Shown here: positions 8,624 to 16,642 of the stretch, in pieces
Numbering within the stretch: the stretch's first letter is position 1
Layout: each line of letters begins with the position of its first letter
Notes under the pieces: generated by a model
Told to the model about the DNA's origin: nothing
Databases searched by the model: none
What the model saw: the letters and a program-made list of their open reading frames with translations, nothing else
Translations under genes and position numbers: made by a program
From: a virus
Taxonomy: Duplodnaviria > Caudoviricetes
Virus record (IMG/VR): IMGVR_UViG_3300018063_000005
Coordinates: 1 to 55,864 of that record
Reading direction: 5' to 3' (one strand)
DNA length: 55,864 nucleotides

Positions 8624-9238
8624 GTGAAGCCGCGCGCAGCCCCCGCCGACAGCAGGTACCCGAGCCGCGGGAGAGGCGCCCCTCCCCGCGGGCGCAACGA
8701 TGGAGCGCGGTCGAGGGCCCGGGACGAAGTGGTGCCCGGGACGTCCATCCAGGCCGGGGAGGCGCCGGCCACCTATCCCAACAGGACCCCGAGCCTAGGG
8801 CAACGGGTGGCAGGCGTTGAAGGGTCCGCCCACGCGAGCAGCACGGTCAGCAACACGGCCGGTAGGACGGCGGGCACCCGCCGGCAACACAGGACCGGAG
8901 ACCAGGGTGCCTCGGTCATCGGGCGGCGCGGTTCCGGGGAGGGTGGGCCACCGACCCCCTCGGCCGCCGCGAAACGCAGGAGCTCGTCGCTCGAGGTCCC
9001 CGGCGACGCCGCGTCTGTCGAGGGCGACGTCGCCCTGGTGCACCTCGCGGCCGCCGCGCGCGAGCTCTGGCGCGCGCAGCGGGCGCGGGGGGCGATGGAC
9101 CGCGCGAAGGCCTTCGAGCGCGCCGCGAGGCAGTTCCGGAAGGCGCAGCTCGCGGCGGGACGCGCGGAGCTCGTGACGCTCGAGCGGGCGCGTGGGGAAG
9201 CGGCCGCGGCGTCACCGCGGCGGGAGACGAGGACGTAA
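8624..9238 (+). CDS. hypothetical protein (only the 3' part has coding-like bias)
   Basis: TAATG overlap with the replication gene; true start uncertain. Confidence 0.4.
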   Translation: MKPRAAPADSRYPSRGRGAPPRGRNDGARSRARDEVVPGTSIQAGEAPATYPNRTPSLGQRVAGVEGSAHASSTVSNTAGRTAGTRRQHRTGDQGASVIGRRGSGEGGPPTPSAAAKRRSSSLEVPGDAASVEGDVALVHLAAAARELWRAQRARGAMDRAKAFERAARQFRKAQLAAGRAELVTLERARGEAAAASPRRETRT

Positions 9239-10281
9239 TGCGCTGGGAAGATGAACGATACGTCCGAGTCTACACGCGGGACACGGCGGACTGGCTCGCG
9301 CTCTCGTTCGACGCGCAGTCGCTGATGGCCCTACTGCTCCGGAAGATCGACCGGGCCGGGCTCCTGGCGCTCGGGAAGCAAGGGAAGAAGGCCGTCGCGA
9401 TCGTCCTCAGCCAGGTGGCGCTGTGGGAGACGCGGATCGCCCCAGCGCTCGAGGAGCTGCTCGTCGATGGGTGCGTACAGATCCGCGGCGAGCACCTCAT
9501 CGTTCCGAACTTCATTGAGGCTCAGGAAGCGACCCAGTCGGAGGCCCAGCGAAAGCGTGAGTCCAGGGCCCGAGCGCGCGACCAAGCGGCAGCAGCCGCG
9601 CTCCTTGAGGACCCCGCCAAGGTCCCTTCGTCACGAAACGTGACCGCCGCGGAACGGAACGTGACCCCAGAGTCACACTCGGTCACAACTGGTCACTCCG
9701 TGCCTAGCCGTGCCGTGCCTAGCCGTGCCGATCCAGATCGATCTCGCGGCGAGAATGGAGCGATGACGCCTGGCGGGGCCAGCCCGGCTCCTCGCCCGGC
9801 TCCGCTCCACCTGCAGGGGACCTGTCCCCGCCTCGGCGAGCTGCTGACCCGGCTCAACTTCGTGGTCGAGGTCGGCAGGAAAGCGACGGACTGGTCCGAG
9901 GCGGACGGCCTCGTGGAGGAGCTCGGGCTCGACGACGCGTTCGAGCTCGCGACGGAGGCAGCTCCTCGCAGCAGGACCCCGGACCGCGTTCCCCTGAGAT
10001 TCCTCATGGCGGTCTGGCGCGAGGCCGCTGAGAACGAGGACCGGCAGCCGACTCCGCCGAAGCGGAAGCCCGGCGAGCTGCCGAAGGTCGGTGATCCGGA
10101 CTTCAACGACTACCGGGCGTGGGGCGCGGACGTGGGCGCGTTCCAGAGGCGCACCGACGGTAAAACGTGGGAGGAGGCGACGGGGCTAAAGAAGCCCGTC
10201 TACGTGCCCCCGAAGAGCTTCGTCGAGGAAGAGGCAGCGAAGCGTGCTGCCGCAGCCGGCGCCGGGAAGGCGGACTCGTGA
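9238..10281 (+). CDS. phage replication initiator protein
   Basis: upstream of DnaB; IVPNFIEAQ...AQRKRESRAR segment followed by iteron-encoded low-complexity region. Confidence 0.75.
   Translation: MRWEDERYVRVYTRDTADWLALSFDAQSLMALLLRKIDRAGLLALGKQGKKAVAIVLSQVALWETRIAPALEELLVDGCVQIRGEHLIVPNFIEAQEATQSEAQRKRESRARARDQAAAAALLEDPAKVPSSRNVTAAERNVTPESHSVTTGHSVPSRAVPSRADPDRSRGENGAMTPGGASPAPRPAPLHLQGTCPRLGELLTRLNFVVEVGRKATDWSEADGLVEELGLDDAFELATEAAPRSRTPDRVPLRFLMAVWREAAENEDRQPTPPKRKPGELPKVGDPDFNDYRAWGADVGAFQRRTDGKTWEEATGLKKPVYVPPKSFVEEEAAKRAAAAGAGKADS
9629..9744. repeat. putative replication origin (iterons) inside the initiator gene
   Basis: GTCAC/GTGAC at 9630, 9640, 9661, 9672, 9682, 9692 and tandem 15-mer CCGTGCCTAGCCGTG at 9698 and 9713. 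Confidence 0.7.
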
Positions 10282-11762
10282 AGACGGCCGGGACCGAGCT
10301 GAGCGCGTACGAGCTCGAGCAGCGGATCGTCGGCGCGATCCTGAACCGCGGCGACGCCGTCTACGACCTGCCGGCAGGCTTCTCCGCGACGGTCCTCCAG
10401 GACCACGTGATGCGCCGGGCGTTCGATGGCATCGAGCGGCTCGCACGCGCGAAGAAGCTCCCGTCCGGCCCCGTCGACCGGACGCTCCTCGCAGCGGAAT
10501 CGGGCCTGACCGACGGCGAGCGCGAGCTCCTCGTCGTCGCCGAGCTCAACGCCGACTCCGTGTCGTTCCGCTTCCAGGGCTTCACGATCCGCGACGACGC
10601 CCGGGCGCTGCTCGATCGCCATCGCCGGGTGAAGACGAAGGCGATGCTGGTCGGCGCGATCGAAGCGCTCGAGTCCGGCGCCGCCGTCGAGGACATCGCC
10701 GCCGGCGTCACCGCGAACCTCCTGGACGTCGAGCAGCACGAGCGGCCAGAGGTGATCTCGTACCGCGACGCGGCGACCGAGACGCTCGAGGTGATGGAGG
10801 GCGTCAAGAGGGGGAAGTCCCCCGTGCTACGCACCGGCTTCACGCGCATCGACAAGGTGCTCCGGATCAGGCCCGGGAACCTGATTGTCGTCGGCGCGCG
10901 CTCGAAGGTCGGGAAGACAACGTGGGCGCGCCAGGTCGCCGACACCGTTGCGCTGCGGGGCGAGCACGTCCTCTTCCACTCGCTCGAGATGAGCGTGCCC
11001 GAGGTCCTCACGCTCGACGCGTCGCGCGAGCTCTCGATCGACTCGACCGAGTTCTTCGACGAGCGGCCGTGGTCGAACGACCAGTGGGGCGAGGTGATGG
11101 GAGCGTTCGCGAAGCGCTCGCCGGAGGGGACCAACGGCTTCCTGCACGCGAACCACTACCACCACTCGCTCGGCGCGATCCTGCGCATCACCGAGAAGAC
11201 GCACCGGAAGCTCCTCGCGCAGAACGGGCGCGGCCTGGTGCTCGTCGTGGTGGACTACCTGCAGCTGGTCGAGCTGCAGCTCGGGAAGAACGCGAACCGG
11301 GAACAGGTCGTCGCGACGATCGCGCGCTCACTGAAGAACCTCGCGATGCGGCTGCAGGTGCCGATCATCGCGCTCGCTCAGCTCAACCGCGACGCGGCGA
11401 AGCGCGGTGAGATGATCCGCCGGCCGCACCGGAAGCCGAAAGCGAAGCCGAAGCGGATCGACCCGATGGCTCCGCTCCCCGGCGTGGAGCCGCCGCCCCA
11501 GGAGCCCGAGCAGCCGGAGACGCCGCCCGAGGACGAGCCCTCGCCGCCGCCTCAGCTGCACGACCTGCGCGAGTCGGGCGCGCTCGAGCAGGACGCAAAC
11601 GCAGTGTGCTTCATCCACCACCCGTTCGACCTGTCGACGAACGAGATCAAGCGCGAGCACGGGCCGTTCTCGTTCATCATCGCGGCGCAGCGGCTCGGGC
11701 CCAAAGGGACGATCAAGCTCTACGCGGAGCGGAACTACTCGCGGTTCAACGAGGTGGACTGA
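10278..11762 (+). CDS. dnaB: DnaB-like replicative helicase
   Basis: GARSKVGKT, SLEMS, VVDYLQL, AQLNR, DLRESGALEQDA motifs. Confidence 0.95.
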   Translation: MKTAGTELSAYELEQRIVGAILNRGDAVYDLPAGFSATVLQDHVMRRAFDGIERLARAKKLPSGPVDRTLLAAESGLTDGERELLVVAELNADSVSFRFQGFTIRDDARALLDRHRRVKTKAMLVGAIEALESGAAVEDIAAGVTANLLDVEQHERPEVISYRDAATETLEVMEGVKRGKSPVLRTGFTRIDKVLRIRPGNLIVVGARSKVGKTTWARQVADTVALRGEHVLFHSLEMSVPEVLTLDASRELSIDSTEFFDERPWSNDQWGEVMGAFAKRSPEGTNGFLHANHYHHSLGAILRITEKTHRKLLAQNGRGLVLVVVDYLQLVELQLGKNANREQVVATIARSLKNLAMRLQVPIIALAQLNRDAAKRGEMIRRPHRKPKAKPKRIDPMAPLPGVEPPPQEPEQPETPPEDEPSPPPQLHDLRESGALEQDANAVCFIHHPFDLSTNEIKREHGPFSFIIAAQRLGPKGTIKLYAERNYSRFNEVD

Positions 11763-11764
11763 CC

Positions 11765-11965
11765 ATGCCCCTGCTCGTGCTGGTGATCCTCGTCCCGTCG
11801 ATCCTTCTCGCCGTCGCGATCGCCGCCGACCTGGTGCTCGAGCACCGGCGCCGGCGACGGCTCTACCTGCGCCCTCCGGAGCGGACCATCACGCTCGCCG
11901 GGCCGACGCGGCGCGAGGTGCTCGACCAGCTCGAGCGCTCGCAGCGGACCGGGAGGCTCTCGTGA
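11765..11965 (+). CDS. small membrane protein
   Basis: N-terminal hydrophobic helix then basic tail. Confidence 0.55.
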   Translation: MPLLVLVILVPSILLAVAIAADLVLEHRRRRRLYLRPPERTITLAGPTRREVLDQLERSQRTGRLS

Positions 11966-12240
11966 TTCCGAACCTCGAGCCCACGCCGCGGCGGCTCGGA
12001 CCACGGCTCGTCCCGATGCTTCTCCGCCTCGATGCCGGTCAGGTCGAGAAGCTGCAGGCGCTCGCCAAGCGCACACGCGTCCCGCAGTCGGTCTACCTGC
12101 GCGAAGCGGTGGCGGACCTGCTCGCGAAGTACTCCGCGCTCGACAGCGAGCTCTGCCCGAGCTGCAGGTCGATCGTGTTGGTCGATCCGAAGGGCCTGCC
12201 CGTGGAGTGCGCCGAACACTGTGGGTGGAGGGCGCCGTGA
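11962..12240 (+). CDS. ribbon-helix-helix DNA-binding protein with C-terminal Zn ribbon
   Basis: LRLDAGQVEKLQALAKRTRVPQSVYLREAVADLLAKY. Confidence 0.75.
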   Translation: MIPNLEPTPRRLGPRLVPMLLRLDAGQVEKLQALAKRTRVPQSVYLREAVADLLAKYSALDSELCPSCRSIVLVDPKGLPVECAEHCGWRAP

Positions 12241-12749
12241 GCGAGCCGGCGAAGCGGAAGAAGCCAGCGGCGCTGACGCCGAGGTCGCTCAAGGTGCTGC
12301 GCGAGGATGGCTGGTACGCCGAGGTGGTCGAGCGGTTCATCCGGCTGCCGAACCACCCAGCTGGAGGCTTCCGGCGCGACCTGTTCGGCTTCGGTGACGT
12401 GCTCGCGCTGAAGGGCGACGTCGCGCTGATCGTGCAGGTGTGCCGCGCGGCCGACGTCGCGACGCGGCTCGATAAGATCCGCGAGACGACGGTCGAGCTG
12501 CAGCGGGGCGACCAGAAGATCGAGGTCCTCGCGCTCTCGCTCGCGCTCGCGGCGCACTTCCGCGTCGAGATCCACGGGTGGGCTTCGCCGACGACGACGA
12601 GGCGCAGGTGGCGGCAGAGGATCGTGGTCGTCGGAGCCGACGACGTTTCCGAGCAGCGCGTGTGGCGGCAGGCAGCGAGGACGCCGGTCACCAGCGAGCA
12701 GCCGGCGCTCTTCGACGACGACCTCGCCGCGGCGGCCGAGGAGGGCTGA
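12237..12749 (+). CDS. putative PD-(D/E)XK nuclease (resolvase-like)
   Basis: LREDGWYAEVVE...DLFGFGDVLALK...IVQV pattern. Confidence 0.6.
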   Translation: MSEPAKRKKPAALTPRSLKVLREDGWYAEVVERFIRLPNHPAGGFRRDLFGFGDVLALKGDVALIVQVCRAADVATRLDKIRETTVELQRGDQKIEVLALSLALAAHFRVEIHGWASPTTTRRRWRQRIVVVGADDVSEQRVWRQAARTPVTSEQPALFDDDLAAAAEEG

Positions 12750-13417
12750 TGCCGGCGGATCTTCAGCGGGCGTTCCACTGCGAACGGTTCGTCGGGATGT
12801 TCGGGCCGAACGGGATGCCGATCCGCGCGTGCCTCCGCCGTCAGCTCGAGCGGAAGCGGGTAGGGGAGGGCGCGAAGGCGCGGTGGGAGCCGCGCGAGGC
12901 CTTCTGCGCGACGAGCTGCGAGCTCGGCCGCGCGAACCTCGCGAGCGTGCCCGAGGGCACAGCGACGACCTGCTCGAGCTGCGGCGCGGCGCTGGTCGGG
13001 GTCGAGGCCTGCGAGGTCTGCCACCCCGAGCCGGCGCTCCCGCGCGAGAAGCCGGCGGCGTCCGCGCGGATCTGGGAACCGGGCCGGCCGGACGTCGCGA
13101 TCGGCCCGCCGCCGGCGACGTCGCCGTTCACGGGGTACCGGTCGAGGTTGCCGGCGAGTCACGTCACGGATCCGGAGCTCGCGGCGAAGCACGCGCGGAA
13201 GCAGCGCGAGAAAGCCGCCGCGGCCGCCGCTTCCGAGCTCGAGGTGGAGCAGCTCGAGGACGACGCGGACGAGGACCTCGAGGAGGACGAGTTCGAGGCC
13301 GAGGAGGAGGAGCAGCACCCGACACCTGTCGAGGCGGAGCTCGCGCTGCGGCACGCGGCCGAGGACGCCCGCGAGGACAAGGGGTGGACGAGCGCGCCGA
13401 TGCCCGGGAGCGCGTGA
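12749..13417 (+). CDS. Cys-rich hypothetical protein with acidic tail
   Basis: TGATG coupling; several CxxC pairs; last gene of the rightward operon. Confidence 0.6.
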   Translation: MPADLQRAFHCERFVGMFGPNGMPIRACLRRQLERKRVGEGAKARWEPREAFCATSCELGRANLASVPEGTATTCSSCGAALVGVEACEVCHPEPALPREKPAASARIWEPGRPDVAIGPPPATSPFTGYRSRLPASHVTDPELAAKHARKQREKAAAAAASELEVEQLEDDADEDLEEDEFEAEEEEQHPTPVEAELALRHAAEDAREDKGWTSAPMPGSA

Positions 13418-13671
13418 GCGCTACGACGCGCCGCAGCATCCAGGGTGGGGCGTGGTGGGAGACCCGGGCGAGGTAATCAGCAGCCGGGAGGTGGGGCGGG
13501 AGGCGCCCGGGCGCTGCGTGGCGCTGGCGCTGTGCGGCGATCGGAGGGCCGCGAGGGGTCCAGTGGCGGGTAGGGGGGGCCGACGCGCCAGGCGGGCGCC
13601 TAGGAGGTCGGCCGGTCGGCCCTCAACCGGCCTCAGGACCCCGCTCACTCCCCCGTTAGGGTCGCGGCGGG

Positions 13672-14013
13672 CTACGCGCGGTCGAGCACGTTGATGGCGC
13701 CGATGATCGCCGTCCGTTCCATCGGCACGCCCGCGGCGCTCCACGCCACCCGAACCGAGAAGTCGCGCTCGCCGACCACCGCTGTGTCCTTCGCGGTCAG
13801 GTGGAACGACCCCTCGCCCTGCCCCGGATCCGTGAACGCCACCTCGTCCGCGACGGAGCTCCGCTTCAGCGTGCGCGCGCCGTTCGCCCGCTCGAGCGCG
13901 ACGGTCACGGTCTTGCCGGTGAGGTCCTCGCGCTGGATGCCGTCCGCGCGGTGGATGACGAACGGCACGTCGATGGCGTCGCCCCGGTAGACGGCGCGCG
14001 CGTTCTCGCTCAT
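13672..14013 (-). CDS. BppU-like (baseplate upper / Ig-like) tail protein
   Basis: YRGDAIDVPF...DLTG...TDPGQGE...LTAKDTA pattern. Confidence 0.6.
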   Translation of the reverse strand: MSENARAVYRGDAIDVPFVIHRADGIQREDLTGKTVTVALERANGARTLKRSSVADEVAFTDPGQGEGSFHLTAKDTAVVGERDFSVRVAWSAAGVPMERTAIIGAINVLDRA

Positions 14014-14849
14014 TCGAGGCTCCCTGTGACCGCGGCGAGCTCGTACATCGTGCCCTCCACCGCGGTCGGGGTGGACGGCATGCTGCCGGTGACCGGCGCG
14101 AGCTCGTAGACGTTCCCGGTCACGGGCTCGAGCTGCACCAGGTCGCCGAGGGGACCGGCCTGGAGAGGCGCGACGGCCGTCCCCAGCCCGACGGCAGCGC
14201 CGCCGGCGACGCCCAGCGCCTGCGCGGTGGGGGTCGCGGCCGCCGGATCGAGCGAGGCGGCGGGAACGCCGAGGTCGTGCGCGATCGCGGGAGCCGATGC
14301 GGTCGGCAGCCCGGCGGCGACGCTGTCCGTGGTCCCGAGGGGGCGCGCTTGCGCGGGCGCGGTGGCAGGCCCGATCCCGACCCACGCCGAGGTCTGCACG
14401 CCGATCGCGGAGGCGCCGACGGGCGCTGCGGCCGGCTCGAGGCCGGGCCCGAGCTCGCGCGCGGCGAGGCCGGCGATCGAGTGGGGACCAGCGAGCCACG
14501 AGAGCCCCGACATCGGCAGCCGCGTGAGGAGCGAGGTGACCGCGATGATCTCGCCGACGTCCGCGCTCGCGGCGGGCGAGAGCGCTGCGCCGGAGAGGCC
14601 CGCGGTCGCACCGCCCGCGCCGCTCGCGCCACCCGCGGCAGCCGGCATCGCGACGCCCACCCCGATGCGCGCGCCGCCGGCGCCGCCCAGCGCTCCCGGG
14701 ACGACCGGCGCGGCCGCGACCGGGAGCTCGACGGCGTCGAGAAGCAGCTCCACACCGGTCAGCCGAACCGCTCCGCCGGAGACGGGCCCGATCGTCAGGA
14801 CCCCCGTCCCCGCGGGCAGCGTCAGCGGCTGATCGATGCGGGTGCTCAT
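14010..14849 (-). CDS. Ala/Gly/Pro-rich putative tail fibre-associated protein
   Basis: coupled overlaps at both ends; imperfect A-x-A-P-A repeats. Confidence 0.55.
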   Translation of the reverse strand: MSTRIDQPLTLPAGTGVLTIGPVSGGAVRLTGVELLLDAVELPVAAAPVVPGALGGAGGARIGVGVAMPAAAGGASGAGGATAGLSGAALSPAASADVGEIIAVTSLLTRLPMSGLSWLAGPHSIAGLAARELGPGLEPAAAPVGASAIGVQTSAWVGIGPATAPAQARPLGTTDSVAAGLPTASAPAIAHDLGVPAASLDPAAATPTAQALGVAGGAAVGLGTAVAPLQAGPLGDLVQLEPVTGNVYELAPVTGSMPSTPTAVEGTMYELAAVTGSLE

Positions 14850-16642
14850 CGGTCGTAGGCTCCCACGTCTGGGCCGCCGATGCGGGCCACCCCGGCATCG
14901 ATGGGCGACCAGGTGACGCTTCCGATCGCGGTCGGCGCGTAGCAGGGCGAGGCGGCCGTGCCGAGGACGGTGCAGGTGCTCGAGCTGGTGCCCGCGTTCA
15001 CGAGCGGCGAGCCCAGCGCGGGGGTGAAGTCGGTCGGCGCGCTCACGAAGGGCGACGAGGAGAGGACCACCCGGTTCGTGTCGTAGGTCGTTCCCCACGT
15101 GCTGTTGCAGGCGTTGTGCGACAGCACGGAGTAGGACCCGGCCGACTGCTGGTAGACGAAGCACAGGTCGCCCGTGCCAGCGTAGAAGACGGCGTTGTTC
15201 GTGGCGTTGTGGCCGGTCCCGGCGTGGTCGATCCCGAACGCGACCCCCCAGTTCGGCGGGCCGGGGAAGAAGATCGTGTTGTTCCGCACCGTCACGCCCG
15301 CGCCGTCCTCGTCGCCGCCGCCTCCGCCACCGTCGCGGTTGACGGAGATCCCTTCCTGGATAGAGCCGGTCGAGGTCTGCACGACCAGGTTGCCCTCGAC
15401 CAGGGAGTTCGGGGCGCTGTCCAGCGCGATGCCGCGGGAGTGCCCGAGGACCCGGTTCCTGCGAACGATCGAGCGGCGGAAATGCTCGGCCGTCGAGTAC
15501 CCGCCGCCCACCTGGATGCCCCACTGGTTGGGGAAGTCGCCCGGGTTGTCGCACTGGATCAGGTTGTTCGTGATCTCGAGGTCCTCATGCTCGCCATGAA
15601 CGACGATGGAGACCGTGCCGGTGCTCATGCCGACCGGGCACCCGTGGATCTCGTTGTTGCGCACCTTCATCCGCAGCGACGCGCCGCCCAGGTAGACCGG
15701 GTGGTCGAACACGCCGGTGCCGCCGCCAGCGGATGACGCGAAGAAGTTGTCCTCGACCAAGCAGTCATCGCAGCCGCCGAGCACACCCATACTCAGGTTT
15801 GCGAATTGCGATTGACGAACCGTGACGCGCGCGCCGGAGGGCTCGGAGAAATAGATCCCCATGTCGCTGTCGCGGAAATAGACGTTGCAAATGTCGATGT
15901 CCGCGGAGCCGATCTCCACGTACGCCGCGCCCTGACCGGTGAAGCTATCGGCCATCTGGAGGTTCAGGTAGCGGAACCCCGAGGAAGGGTGATTGTTCGG
16001 GAGGTACACCAGGCGCCCGCCGCTGATGATCGGGCGCTTGGTCTGGTCGGTGGCCCACTCCGGGTGAGCCGCCGGCGTGTAGTCGCGGACGTCGCACGTG
16101 CTGCTCGCCGAGCATGAGGTGTTCTCGGTGTTGTTCCCGTCCCCGGCGTGCGACCCGCCGCGGCAGAGCGCGACCGTCGAGCCCGCGACCATCGTCGTCG
16201 CTCGGCTCTTCCACCCCGTGCGTCGTGGCGCGCTCGAGTTCGTGCCCGGGTTCGCGTCGTTGCCGACGACGCACGCCGGGTCGGCTCCGGTGCCGCAGTC
16301 GCAGTAGTAGTACGTCGTCCCCGTCGCGCGCATCGACTCGCTCGCGCAGAGCCCTGCGGCCGCCTGGATCGTGTACGTCGCGCAGACGACAGAGCTCGGC
16401 TGGAAACCGGTGCGGAACGCTCTGACGCAGACGGTGCTCGTCGAGCTCACCGGGATCGCCCCCGCGTAGCGCTGCGCGCCGACGCGCCGCGGGGTCGCTC
16501 CGGTCGTCGTGACGTAGAGCGTCGACCCCGGGAAGCGGCTCGAGGCGGTCACGCTCTGCGCGGAGGAGTAGGTCCCGGCGGCGGGCAACAGCGCCGGGGC
16601 GGCAACGCGCGCGGCGAGCAGGAGGGCGACGAGCAAGGTCAT
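14846..16642 (-). CDS. Fn3-associated (CHB_HEX_C-like) plus right-handed beta-helix protein, candidate depolymerase/adhesin
   Basis: PAAGTYSSAQSVT..TLYVTTTGATP domain; repeated VEDNFF/VRNNEI/ITNNLI/VEGNLV strands; C-terminal GSPLVNAG...PDVGAYD; short hydrophobic N-terminus; many Cys. Confidence 0.8.
   Translation of the reverse strand: MTLLVALLLAARVAAPALLPAAGTYSSAQSVTASSRFPGSTLYVTTTGATPRRVGAQRYAGAIPVSSTSTVCVRAFRTGFQPSSVVCATYTIQAAAGLCASESMRATGTTYYYCDCGTGADPACVVGNDANPGTNSSAPRRTGWKSRATTMVAGSTVALCRGGSHAGDGNNTENTSCSASSTCDVRDYTPAAHPEWATDQTKRPIISGGRLVYLPNNHPSSGFRYLNLQMADSFTGQGAAYVEIGSADIDICNVYFRDSDMGIYFSEPSGARVTVRQSQFANLSMGVLGGCDDCLVEDNFFASSAGGGTGVFDHPVYLGGASLRMKVRNNEIHGCPVGMSTGTVSIVVHGEHEDLEITNNLIQCDNPGDFPNQWGIQVGGGYSTAEHFRRSIVRRNRVLGHSRGIALDSAPNSLVEGNLVVQTSTGSIQEGISVNRDGGGGGGDEDGAGVTVRNNTIFFPGPPNWGVAFGIDHAGTGHNATNNAVFYAGTGDLCFVYQQSAGSYSVLSHNACNSTWGTTYDTNRVVLSSSPFVSAPTDFTPALGSPLVNAGTSSSTCTVLGTAASPCYAPTAIGSVTWSPIDAGVARIGGPDVGAYDR

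Noticed and set aside
11880-11947. Diversity-generating retroelement TR/VR pair with 51781-51848
   Set aside because: Four of six mismatches are at adenines but two are not, both copies are coding, and no reverse transcriptase is encoded
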